Shown: positions 12,401-23,700 of the stretch, piece after piece
How positions within the stretch are numbered: position 1 is the stretch's first letter
Layout of the letters: every line of letters begins with the position of its first letter
Assembly (NCBI GenBank): GCA_030390025.1
Contig: JASTWF010000360.1
Location: 124,001 to 188,000 of the forward strand
From: Squalus acanthias
Taxonomy: Eukaryota
DNA: 64,000 nt
Direction: 5' to 3'
Position numbers and translations under genes: made by a program
Notes under the pieces: model-generated
Told to the model about the DNA's origin: nothing
The model's database searches: none
The model's input: the letters and a program-made list of their open reading frames with translations, nothing else

Positions 12401-15400
12401 CACAATGTACTGATTGGGCAGCACTGAGAGAGGGACAGGCTCACAATGTACTGATTGACCAGCACCGAGAGAGGGACAGGCTCACAATGTACTGATTGAT
12501 CAGCACCGAGAGAGGGTCAGGCTCACAATGTACTGATTGGGCATCACTGAGAGAGGGACAGGCTCACAATGTACTGATTGGGCATCACTGAGAGAGGGAC
12601 AGACTCACAATGTACTGATTGGGCATCACTGAGAGAGGGACAGACTCACAATGTACTGATTGGGCAGCACTGAGAGAGGGACAGACTCACAATGTACTGA
12701 TTGGGCAGCACTGAGAGGGGGACAGGCTCACAATGTACTGATTGGGTAGCACTGAGAGAGGGACAGGCTCACAATGTACTGATTGGGCAGCACTGAGAGA
12801 GGGACAGACTCACAATGTACTGATTGGGCATCACTGAGAGAGGGACAGGTTCACAATGTGCTGATTGGGTATCACTGAGAGAGGGACAGGCTCACAATGT
12901 GCTGATTGGGTATCACTGAGAGAGGGACAGACTCACAATGCACTGATTGGGCAGCACTGAGAGAGGGACAGGCTCACAATGTACTGATTGGGCAGCACTG
13001 AGAGAGGGACAGGCTCACAATGTACTGATTGGGAAGCACTGAGAGAGGGACAGGCTAACAGTGCACTGATTGGGCAGCACTGAGTGAGGGACAGACTCAG
13101 AATGTACTGATTGGGCAGCACTGAGAGAGGGACAGGCTCACAATGTACTGATTGGGCAGCACTGAGAGAGGGACAGGCTAACAGTGCACTGATTGGGCAG
13201 CACTGAGAGAGGGACAGGCTCACAATGTACTGATTGGGCAGCACTGAGAGAGGGACAGGCTCACAATGTACTGATTGGGCAGCACTGAGAGAGGGACAGG
13301 CTCACAATGTACTGATTGGGCAGCACTGAGAGAGGGACAGGCTCACAATGTACTGATTGGGCAGCACTGAGAGAGGGACAGACTCAGAATGTACTGATTG
13401 GGCAGCACTGAGAGAGGGACAGGCTCACAATGTACTGATTGGGCAGCACTGAGAGAGGGACAGGCTCACAATGTACTGATTGGGCAGCACTGAGAGAGGG
13501 ACAGGCTCACAATGTACTGATTGACCAGCACTGAGAGAGGGACAGACTCACAATGTACTGATTGGGATGCACTGAGAGAGGGACAGGCTCACAATGTACT
13601 GATTGACCAGCACTGAGAGAGGGACAGACTCACAAAGTACTGATTGACCAGCACTGAGAGAGGGACAGGCTCACAATGTACTGATTGGGCAGCACTGAGA
13701 GAGGGACAGGCTCACAATGTACTGATTGGGCAGCACTGAGAGAGGGACAGGCTCACAATGTACTGATGGGGCATCATTGAGAGAGGGACAGGCTCACAAT
13801 GTACTGATTGGGCAGCACTGAGAGAGGGACAGACTCACAATGTACTGATTGACCAGCACTGAGAGAGGGACAGGCTCACAATGTACTGATTGGGCATCAC
13901 TGAGAGGGGGACAGGCTCACAATGTACTGATTGGGCAGCACTGAGAGAGGGACGGACTCACAATGTACTGATTGACCAGCACTGAGAGAGGGACAGGCTC
14001 ACAATGCACTGATTGGGCATCACTGAGAGAGGGACAGTCTCACAATGTGCTGATTGGGTATCACTGAGAGAGGGACAGACTCACAATGTACTGATTGGAC
14101 AGCAATGAGAGAGGGACAGGCTCACAATGTCCTGATTGACCAGCACTGAGAGAGGGACAGACTCACAATGTACTGATTGGGCATCACTGAGAGAGGGACA
14201 GGCTCACAATGTACTGATTGGGCATCACTGAGAGAGGGACAGACTCACAATGTACTGATTGGGCATCACTGAGAGAGGGACAGACTCACAATGTACTGAT
14301 TGGGCAGCACTGAGAGAGGGACAGACTCACAATGTACTGATTGGGCAGCACTGAGAGGGGGACAGGCTCACAATGTACTGATTGGGCAGCACTGAGAGGG
14401 GGACAGGCTCACAATGTACTGATTGGGTAGCACTGAGAGAGGGACAGGCTCACAATGTACTGATTGGGCAGCACTGAGAGAGGGACAGACTCACAATGTA
14501 CTGATTGGGCAGCACAGAGAGGGACAGACTCACAATGTACTGATTGGGCATCACTGAGAGAGGGACAGACTCACAATGTACTGATTGGGCAGCACAGAGC
14601 GGGACAGACTCACAATGTACTGATTGGGCAGCAGTGAGAGAGGGACAGGCTCACAATGTACTGATTGGGCAGCACTGAGAGTGGGACAGACTCACAATGT
14701 ACTGATTGGGCACCACTGAGAGGGGGACAGGCTCACAATGTACTGATTGGGCAGCACTGAGAGGGGGACAGGCTCACAATGTACTGATTGGGCAGCACTG
14801 AGAGAGGGACAGGCTCACAATGTACTGATTGGGCAGCACTGAGAGAGGGTCGGACTCACAATGTACTGATTGGGCAGAACTGACAGAGGGACAGGCTCAC
14901 AATGTACTGATTGGGCGGCACTGAGAGAGGGACAGGCTCACAATGTACTGATTGGGCAGCACTGAGAGAGGGACAGGCTCACAATGTACTGATTGGGCAG
15001 CACTGAGAGAGGGACAGGCTCACAATGTACTGATTGATCAGCACCGAGAGAGGGTCAGGCTCACAATGTACTGATTGGGCAGCACTGAGAGAGGGACAGG
15101 CTCACAATGTACTGATTGACCAGCACCGAGAGAGGGACAGGCTCACAATGTACTGATTGATCAGCACCGAGAGAGGGTCAGGCTCACAATGTACTGATTG
15201 GGCAGCACTGAGAGAGGGACAGGCTCACAATGTACTGATTGGGCAGCACTGAGAGAGGGTCAGGCTCACAATGTACTGATTGGGCAGCACTGAGAGAGGG
15301 ACAGACTCACAATGTACTGATTGGGCAGCACTGAGAGAGGGACAGGCTCACAATGTGCTGATTGGGCAGCACTGAGAGAGGGTCAACCTCACAATGTACT

Positions 15401-16051
15401 GATTGGGCAGCACTGAGAGAGGGACAGACTCACAATGTACTGATTGGGCAGCACTGAGAGAGGAACAGGCTCACAATGTATTGACTGACCAGCACTGAGA
15501 GAGGGACAGGCTCACAATGTACTGATTGGGCAGCACTGAGAGAGAGACAGGCTCACAATGTACTGATTGGGCAGCACTGAGAGAGGGACAGACTCACAAT
15601 GTACTGATTGGGAAGCACTGAGAGAGGGACAGGCTCACAATGTACTGATTGACCAGCACTGAGAGAGGGACAGACTCACAAACTACTGATTGACCAGCAC
15701 TGAGAGAGGGACAGGCTCACAATGTACTGATTGGGATGCACTGAGAGAGGGACAGGCTCACAATGTACTGATTGGGCATCACTGAGAGAGGGACAGACTC
15801 ACAATGTACTGATTGGGGAGCACTGAGAGAGGGACAGGCTCACAATGTACTGATTGGGAAGCACTGAGAGAGGGACAGGCTCACAATGTACTGATTGGGC
15901 AGCACTGAGAGAGCGACAGGCTCACAATGTACTGATTGGGCAGCACTGAGAGAGGGACAGAAACACAATGTACTGATTGACCATCACTGAGAGAGGGACA
16001 GGCTCACAATGTGCTGATTGGGCAGCACTGAGAGAGGGACAGGCTCACAAT
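9493..16051. repeat. 41-bp tandem satellite array (segment 2)
   Basis: Same monomer and same diagnostic variant order as segment 1, resuming in phase after the PLE. Confidence 0.98.
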
Positions 16052-16293
16052 TGTAAGGGATTCTCTCCTGACCCTGCGTGTCTCGTAGCCTGTGAGATTC
16101 ACGCGGCTCTGTGCAGCCTGTATGTCAGTGCGGGTCTAGGCCTGGTCTCCAGCCAGTCTGGGAACACTAGACACCCCTGTGAGTGGTTCGAATCACTCTC
16201 CCTTACGGTTCTAGACACTGGACTTAGATGCGAGAGCAGTAATGGAGATAAAACTCATGTAGACTTGGTTTGAACGGTACGAAATGGAAAATC

Positions 16294-16299
16294 TTTATT
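16294..16299 (-). terminator. Candidate polyadenylation signal AATAAA in 3' LTR
   Basis: TTTATT on + strand about 240 bp from the distal LTR end, the expected neighbourhood of the R/U5 boundary; the 5' LTR copy is at 27277-27282. Confidence 0.6.
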
Positions 16300-16861
16300 G
16301 CATGATACTTAAAATTATGAAATACATGTCATATGCACAGATTAATGACAGTACAATCTTACAAACAGTTATAATCACTCTTAGGGAAACGAGGAACGAC
16401 CAGCACAACGTAAATAGGGCACACATTACAAATATCCTTAATCTTTAAACCCTCCCCTATCAATGTCTATCCTAAACTAGCTTCGTAGGATCCCGAGACT
16501 CATGCTCACCACTCGTAATAACTCGGAGAAATCCCGAATAGCTGATCGGATGTTTTTCACCGCAGCACCCACGTGTTGGTCAGGAGATCTCCTGGTCCCA
16601 CTTGTTTACTGCTTCTGCTGCTCGGTCAGTCGGCTGGACCGTCCGCTGTAGTGAAGACCTCTGTTGGTTGGATACAAGGTATGGTGGAGCACCGTTGTCA
16701 ATATCGCTGATACGATGTGTTTGCACAGTCCAGTTATCGTCGATGCAATATGTCTTGTTAAAGAAGAAAAACTTCCTGTCGAGAAGACTTGGCTGATCGA
16801 CCTACAGGCGCGGTCGGGATCTACTGACCGTGGCGATGGATAAGGTCTTCTTCTCTTCTCC

Positions 16862-16893
16862 TCTCATCTCATCTCATCTCATCTCATCTCATC
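16862..16893. repeat. (ATCTC)n pentanucleotide microsatellite inside the LTR
   Basis: TCTC(ATCTC)5ATC; the same length in the other LTR (27845-27876). Confidence 0.85.
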
Positions 16894-17647
16894 CCGGGCC
16901 TTCGGTTCCGCTGCCAGCTACCAACATAGGTCTTTGCAACAGTCTTTTACACAGGAGCAGCCACGATGATAACAGCAACAAGCGGCAAGAGTCAAGAACA
17001 CGAGGCAAGAGCAAGAGCAAGAGAGAGAATGGACGGTTTGGGGCCTGCAATTATAGTGCACAGTTCTTCCGTTTCCCGCCCAACTACAATGTCCATTCTT
17101 TTGTTTAAGGTTTGGCGCCCAAAATGTCCTGTATGGGTGATCTCTGTCCTTAATGGGTTTCGGGGCTACTCCTGAATGTTTGAGTACCTGTTAATATTTC
17201 TCCCATTGTTAAATCGGTCGGTGTTCCCCCTGGAGGGGTTTGGGGCTTCCAAGTGTCCTGTATAACTACCTGCTAACGGCTCTCTCATCGTAGAGCCGTT
17301 GGGAGTTTACATATTAATGTCCTTTGGATGGGCCCTTGATGGCTTTCCTTTGTACCTGGGAGACCGATTCCAGTATCGATGTTTATACTGTAAACCCATA
17401 ATGTCCTGTGTATTGTCTTCACTGTGCTGAATCGTTATCGATCTTGCAAGAATGTTTATTGGAACGCCATCTTGTCTGCCTGCTGAAAAGTCTAGAATGT
17501 TCTGTCACGCGGTGCGGCGGCCATTTTACAGGCTGCTTGTGTCCAATTTAAACCTGACAGCATTCCGCTGAAATAAAAGCTGTTTTGAACGAAACTTTGT
17601 GTTTTCTCCTTATTAAAATGAAATCGCGATAATTGCGAATTCTACAG

Positions 17648-17655
17648 TCCCTCCT
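17648..17655 (-). promoter_or_regulatory. Polypurine tract (short)
   Basis: Minus strand reads AGGAGGGA-C-TGTAGAA, immediately upstream of the 3' LTR. Confidence 0.7.
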
Positions 17656-18070
17656 GTTGATGCGAATAACTCCGCTTATCGTATCAAAAATCTCAGTGGT
17701 GAGCAATCTTATCTCGATTTCACTCCGAATCCAGTAAATTAATCCCATAAATTTTAACTTCACTAGGGTCTCTGTGTCGTCCTCATTTCCCAAGAAAAAT
17801 CACATTTTATATCACCGTAGGCATCATTTGCCCTTAAACTTACACCACTTGTTTTCCTTCCCGGCGTAACCAGGCCGATACCTCACGCATCACCTGTATA
17901 TTTGTCTTTTATTCAAGGGAAGGAAAAACAAAACCCAAAAACCAAACAATCAACATCATCACCAAAATAAACAAATCCCGACTCTTAAACATGTCGAGTT
18001 TCCAACGTATTTACAATGAGTACAAACTTCCGCGGCGCACGTGGCGAGCGGGAGTGACGCCATTTTCCCA

Positions 18071-20422
18071 TTACACTGCGCTCTCATCGTGCACGCGCAC
18101 GTAACGTTCTCGCCACTCTCCCGTGTTCTCATGCTTGGTGAGGCGCTTGTCTCTTTTACAATGTATGAACAAAAGGTATACTACAATAAACACTTGACAG
18201 ACGACTAAAATGTGGGAGGCTATTCTGACCCATGAGGGCACTTCAATATTCGTGAACAGATTCCACCACGGTGGAACCACTATGTCCAAAATGTCTGTAC
18301 CTATCTCGACGGTTTTCTGTTCTAATGTATAGAAATGCTTTTGTGACACCGCGACGGCTTTCAGAAGTTTGGTTAAATGCTCGGGGAGAGGGGGAATGAG
18401 GTACCCAAAATGTGCGACAAATCGCTGCAAGTCGGTGAAATTCTCTTTTACTGTGAGATGAACAGTGGATGGTTCAGGGATTGGGATGATTCGTTGTTGT
18501 GCTACTTGAACTTCAGCCCTGGGTTTAAAACAGAAACTGCTGTCACTCACCGGACACCGGCTACGGTTTCCATGCTGGTAGTGTTGCGCTGCAGTGGTAA
18601 CACAATATGTTCCACCCCCGATGTATGCTACCTGCGGAGGCACATGATCTTGTGCCATTGCCTCCATGGTGCAATTCATGGACTTGGCGCCAGCCGTTCT
18701 GAACCCGCACTGTGGTGTTAAAAAGGCATTCAAGTGCTGGGGGCACAGTATTATGTGTGCTCCCCTGCCACGACAACCAGAGAGATCTGTACCTGTCATC
18801 GTTTGCTCCCAGCGGATGACGTAAGGTGGAACCGCTGCATAACGAATGTGGGCTCCCCCCTGAATGACACCAATGTTCTCTACCCGATATACCGGGGCGG
18901 GCTTTGCTGTGTTGCCCAAAACCGGCATGCGTAATACTATTCCCATAATAGTATGGTTTGAACGTCCGCAGTCCACGGGGACTGGGTAAGCTTCTGAAGC
19001 TAGCCTGAGCTGGCACGGACTTAATGCGTTCTGAAAAGGGTGGAGCGCCCGCAGGTGTTTGTTACTTATCCAGGACGGGACCAAACCTTGTTTTAAATCC
19101 TCCAAATTACTGCGGCCCTCGCCCAGTAACCACGCCCCGTAAAGCACGCACACCTCGTTCTGCGCAGCTTGATCGGATGCATTCCGATCTTCCCTGATCA
19201 GGGCATTTACCGTACGCGCATGTTTCTCCAGCTCTGCTATGATTTCCTTTAAGTGTAGTGTCATGGCTTGGTCCTCGTGCAGACCCGACCCTACCACTTT
19301 ATTCTCATCTGTAAGAATATCCTTTAACTGTGTTTTTAAACCATTAATCTGGGTCTGCAGCTCCACACTGTCTAGAGCGTTGACCACAGATGTCCCTGTG
19401 TTAAAAGCAGTGAACGCATCGTTCACCAAACCCCTTCTTTGCCTCCCTACTTGGTCCAAAACTTCCTGCGGTGCGGTGTATAAACTTGTCTTATCAATTT
19501 CTGCAAAATCAAACTCGTAGAATTGCCTGAACATCTTGGTCAACAGGACCTGGTACAACTGTTCCGTCTTTTTGGGGCACCACTCTGGTAACCGTACCTC
19601 AGTGAGATTTAAAATCACCGAGGCCACCGCGTAATGTACCCCCTGAAATAGTATCTGGTCTGTGGGGACCAGTACCAAACCGTTCCCGGGTCCCTTACTA
19701 GTTTTAGGGCACCCTTCTTCCTCAGTTACAACCACCGGAATCGTGGGCGGGGCTTTGCGTGGGCGCGTAATGAGCTCAGTGGCATTTACTGGGATCGGAG
19801 AGTATGGGGCTCCGCACCCCCTGGTGCTCGCATCCCACCTCATCCCCTGTCCGTTATCCTGCCACTGGTTAATAAAGAATATGGAGATGCCTTTGGGGCA
19901 AACGTACTTTGACCCCCACATACAAACATAAATCCCCTCATCCGGTTCCCACCATTTGTCCCAACAGACTTTCACTTGTCCATCTGTCCCCGTAATTGTC
20001 CGATGGGTATTATTACCCAGTCGCTCCCACTCAACCGAAGAGTTCCTCATAGTTTTGCTCAGCTTTCGCAGCCACCACCATCGGCTCAATGGGACATTCC
20101 CACTGCAGGTCAAACAAATCCGTTTGCCGACGGTGACGCTGATCCTGGGTGCGATGATCCGTACTTTGGGGCACATTAAAGAAGTCTCTTTGTAGGCGAA
20201 CCCCGATGTGCTGGAATACTCCGTTGAGTTCGTTCCCAGCCATCCTGGCCACCTTCCCTTGTGGAAATAGGTGCTGGTCCCTTCTGCCTTCCGTCTCCCG
20301 GTCCCATCCACCGCGATGGGGGCCGTGTCCCCGGAACATCCAAACACCACGACATCCTTGGTGAGGCCCCGATAGGCCAATCCACATCCGATTGCCACGA
20401 GCAAAACTAGAAGTCGTTCCAT
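18071..20422 (-). CDS. env: Envelope glycoprotein, 783 aa: signal peptide, Ig-like domain, furin site, F-type fusion ectodomain, TM anchor
   Basis: N-terminal hydrophobic signal MERLLVLLVAIGCGLA; several NxS/T sites; RQRR|GLVNDAF at aa 327-337 followed by a heptad region; long Cys-rich region; C-terminal TM ILVVCQVFIVVYLLFIHC and short basic tail. Sits in the env position after pol. Confidence 0.9.
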   Translation of the reverse strand: MERLLVLLVAIGCGLAYRGLTKDVVVFGCSGDTAPIAVDGTGRRKAEGTSTYFHKGRWPGWLGTNSTEYSSTSGFAYKETSLMCPKVRIIAPRISVTVGKRICLTCSGNVPLSRWWWLRKLSKTMRNSSVEWERLGNNTHRTITGTDGQVKVCWDKWWEPDEGIYVCMWGSKYVCPKGISIFFINQWQDNGQGMRWDASTRGCGAPYSPIPVNATELITRPRKAPPTIPVVVTEEEGCPKTSKGPGNGLVLVPTDQILFQGVHYAVASVILNLTEVRLPEWCPKKTEQLYQVLLTKMFRQFYEFDFAEIDKTSLYTAPQEVLDQVGRQRRGLVNDAFTAFNTGTSVVNALDSVELQTQINGLKTQLKDILTDENKVVGSGLHEDQAMTLHLKEIIAELEKHARTVNALIREDRNASDQAAQNEVCVLYGAWLLGEGRSNLEDLKQGLVPSWISNKHLRALHPFQNALSPCQLRLASEAYPVPVDCGRSNHTIMGIVLRMPVLGNTAKPAPVYRVENIGVIQGGAHIRYAAVPPYVIRWEQTMTGTDLSGCRGRGAHIILCPQHLNAFLTPQCGFRTAGAKSMNCTMEAMAQDHVPPQVAYIGGGTYCVTTAAQHYQHGNRSRCPVSDSSFCFKPRAEVQVAQQRIIPIPEPSTVHLTVKENFTDLQRFVAHFGYLIPPLPEHLTKLLKAVAVSQKHFYTLEQKTVEIGTDILDIVVPPWWNLFTNIEVPSWVRIASHILVVCQVFIVVYLLFIHCKRDKRLTKHENTGEWRERYVRVHDESAV

Positions 20423-20715
20423 CCTTCCTTGGTTCCTGTGATCAGATAGAATGAGGTAGCCAGCCTCGCAAAAAGTCTCTGGCTTTTGTGAAGGGTGAGC
20501 GGGTCCCCTGACCTCGCCTCACGTAAACTTCAACGTTTGCTAAATAGACTTCCTCTAAACCTAGCCTTAAAACTCCCATCATTTTGTCGTTATCTGTTAA
20601 AAAACACTACAAACTTAACCTTATTAAAACTTAAAACTTAACCTTGAACTATAAACTTTAAAACTTAACCTTAAACTAATACTTTACAATGCCGCCCGTT
20701 CTCAGGGCGGCCCCT

Positions 20716-23700
20716 TTAAATCCTGAGAAGGCTGCTGCGAGCTCTTCCCGACGGTGGGAGGGCACTGACCCTTCCCTCTGATCTGCCGCAGCCTGTTGCT
20801 GCGCTGACCCTTTCCTCTGATCTGCCGCAGCCTGTTACTGCTTCGATGTGGCCTGTCTCTACCCGGGTTATCTTAACCTGAAACTTACGCCCTGGGGCAG
20901 CCTGTGGACCTGACCACATCTTCCTGGGCTGGGGTACTCTGCTTGACCTACGGGGAATTGCTATGGGCGGGGGCTCCGTGACGGACGGACCGGGTCCCGA
21001 GACCTTCAACGGGATGACCTGGGGTTCCATCACAGGCGCCAGCCCCGCCTCCGCTGACTCCGCCTCCCTAACCTCGGGGCTGGCAGTTCGGGGCCCCGCC
21101 CTGCTCGGCCCAGCAGGCGGCCCTTCACTCGTGAACTCTGCCTCCCCTGAGGACTGGACGTTCAAAGCGGGCGGCCACACCTCTGGGAACCACATAGCGG
21201 CTGGCCCGGCCTCCTCTAGCTCCTTCCTCCTGCTGTCGGGACCTGCAGCTTGTGTGTCCACCCCGTATGGATCTCTACCTAGCGGCCCCAATCCTCCCAG
21301 ACCGTTCCTCAGAAACCACCCGTCATCATCACTATGCTCATCTGCACTATCCTCATCTGACCAGGGTACCCTGGGGTCCTCGTCATCTAACCCCCAACTC
21401 CAGAAAAACGCTGCATGATCGTCCGGGATGTCCCTTCCCCTGATGCAAGCTGCTACGCCTGCCTGTGTGCCTTGTGGTCCTACCTGGGGCTGTGTTTTCC
21501 CATTGGCGGGATTTACCCCTGTAGTTTTCCCTTGCGCACCCGGCTGGTACAGTTTACATTGGTTTATGTGGAACCACTTAGTGCGCCGAGGTACTTTTAC
21601 GGCGTAAACCATGGGACTTGCCTTGTCTACAATGTTGTAGGGTCCCATATACAGTGGTTCCAGACTCCCTACTCTGGCGTAGTTTCTGACCATGACCTGG
21701 TCTCCTACTTCCCACTCCCGCGTTTTGCGGGGTTCCAGCAACAAGCGATTGCCCTGGTGCTGCCTTCCCATGTTCCCAGCCGCCTGCTCATAAACTTGCT
21801 TCAGGCGCTCCAAGAGAGTTTGGGCGAACTTGTCCCTGCTGATCTCTTGAAGCTGACCCTCAGTGAGCACCGGGGCTAGCACATGGGTGGGGGTTCGCAT
21901 GAGCCTGCCGGTCATTACCTCGTGCGGGGAGTACCCCGTACTTTTTGACTGACTGGCCCGGACCCCCATGAGGACTAAAGGCAGAACTTCCGCCCATTTT
22001 TGGGGCGAGTTCCTAGTCTCTTTCCTCAATTTCTCCTTCAGGGTCCGGTTCATACGTTCAACAATCCCGGATGACTGGGGATTGTGTGCTACGTGCCACT
22101 TCCCTTCAATGCCCAAAAGCATGAGGGTGTTCTGCATCACCTGGCCGGTGAAATGACTCCCTTGGTCTGACTCCACGAAACGGGGGAGTCCCCACCGCGA
22201 GAACACTTCCCGGACCAAGATTTTTGCTGTACCCAGTGCCGTAGCTGTTCGACAAGGGAAGGCTTCCACCCACTTGGAAAACACATCCACCAGGACGAGG
22301 CAGTACTTATAACCTCCCTGGGTGGTGGGCAGGGGTCCTATATAGTCGATCTGTATCGACTGCCATGGTCCCTCTACCCTTCTTACGTGTCCCATGGGCA
22401 CCTTCCTTTTCTGGGGGTCTGGGTTGTTTGCAGCGCACACAAGACAGTTTGCACAGAACTCGCGGACTTGTTCCCTGAGCCCTGGCCACCATCCCGCTTG
22501 CTCTACCCGTTGCCAGGTAACCTCGGGCCCGGGGTGCCCTGCCCCTGGTCCCTCGTGAGCCAACTGGAGGAATTCCCTCCTGTGCTGCTGCGGCACAACC
22601 CACTGCTCCTCGCGGAACAGCATGCCTTCCTTAACTGAGAGGGTTGCCGTACTGTACGGACCTTCTACCTGCCTCCCCTCAGCAATCGTTTTTAGGACTG
22701 CTTTTAGGGCGGGATCCTGGGCTTGGACGGTCTTAAGGTCTAGGGGCAATGCTACCCTGGTGTTCCCGGTATTCCCGTCCCCACCTCGGACCGCTGCTAT
22801 GGGTCCGGTTCTATAGGGGTTCCAGAAAGTACCGTCGCGGGCACCCTCCCTGGCTAGCGCATCCGCCTGCCGGTTGCCCTCCCCACGGGGCTCTGTGGAG
22901 GAGTGAGCTTTCACCTTATGGATGAAAATCTCCCCTTCCTCCCCTACTGCTGCTGCTAAGATCTTCTCCAGCAAGGGCTTTACCGTTAAAGGTCGCCCGT
23001 CCGCGGAGGTGTATCCACGGCGGGACCAAATGGCCAGGTATTCCGTACACGAATTGCAGGTGAACATACTGTCCGAGCAAATCGTGTATGGGGTTGGGAA
23101 AATGTCTGGGTGGGTTACCACGTACACCACGGCAGACAGCTCAGCCTGCTGCGCGCTCATGGTGCTAGGGAGCTTGATCGCCAGGGCAAGGTCTGCCGCA
23201 GGGTCATAAACTCCACACCCTGTGAGTCGCTCGCCAGCAGATACTGTGCTAGACCCATCAACATAAATCTCGCGCCCAGTGGGATGTATCCCGGCCCGTA
23301 AACCTATGTTGACGTCCCACACCCCCTCCACCGAACACCGGTGGGCTGTACCGGGGTATACCAAATTGGCCGCAAGCCTGGGCTCGCAAAGACCTTTTAC
23401 TCTGATGTCCAACTGGGAGAGAAGAAGGGTCCAACGCGCAATGCGTGCGCTGCTTACGGTCCCGTCTTTAATCCTCCCATCCAGAAGCATCTTAGTTGGT
23501 GTGTGATGTGTGAGGAGAGTGATGGGAGAGAGCCCTGTGAAGATCGCTGATCTTTTCACAGCCCAATGCGTGGCTAAAAGGTGCCTTTCGCAATTGGAAA
23601 AACTTCTCTCCACATCCGTTAATACCCTGGATGAATAGACAACCGGCCTCAGCTTGCCGTGACGCTCTTGGAGCAGCACGGCGCTTAAGCTGTCTCCGCT

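Larger units (their letters stand above)
16052..17646 (-). repeat. 3' LTR (1595 bp)
   Basis: Direct repeat of 27035-28629; begins TGTAAGGGATTC and ends GAATTCTACA on the + strand. Confidence 0.97.

Noticed and set aside
16181..16198. tRNA gene or tRNA-derived SINE suggested by GGTTCGAATC
   Set aside because: No cloverleaf, acceptor stem or convincing A-box around it; kept only as a palindrome observation.
16602..17175. Plus-strand ORFs of 64-92 aa in the LTR (duplicated at 27585-28158) as accessory or antisense genes
   Set aside because: Short, two of three have non-ATG starts, one runs through a microsatellite, and there are no recognisable motifs; their duplication merely reflects LTR identity.
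17548..17793. 81-aa minus-strand ORF spanning the env-LTR spacer into U3 (nef/bel-like position)
   Set aside because: Starts at TTG, is short and has no recognisable features; position alone is insufficient.
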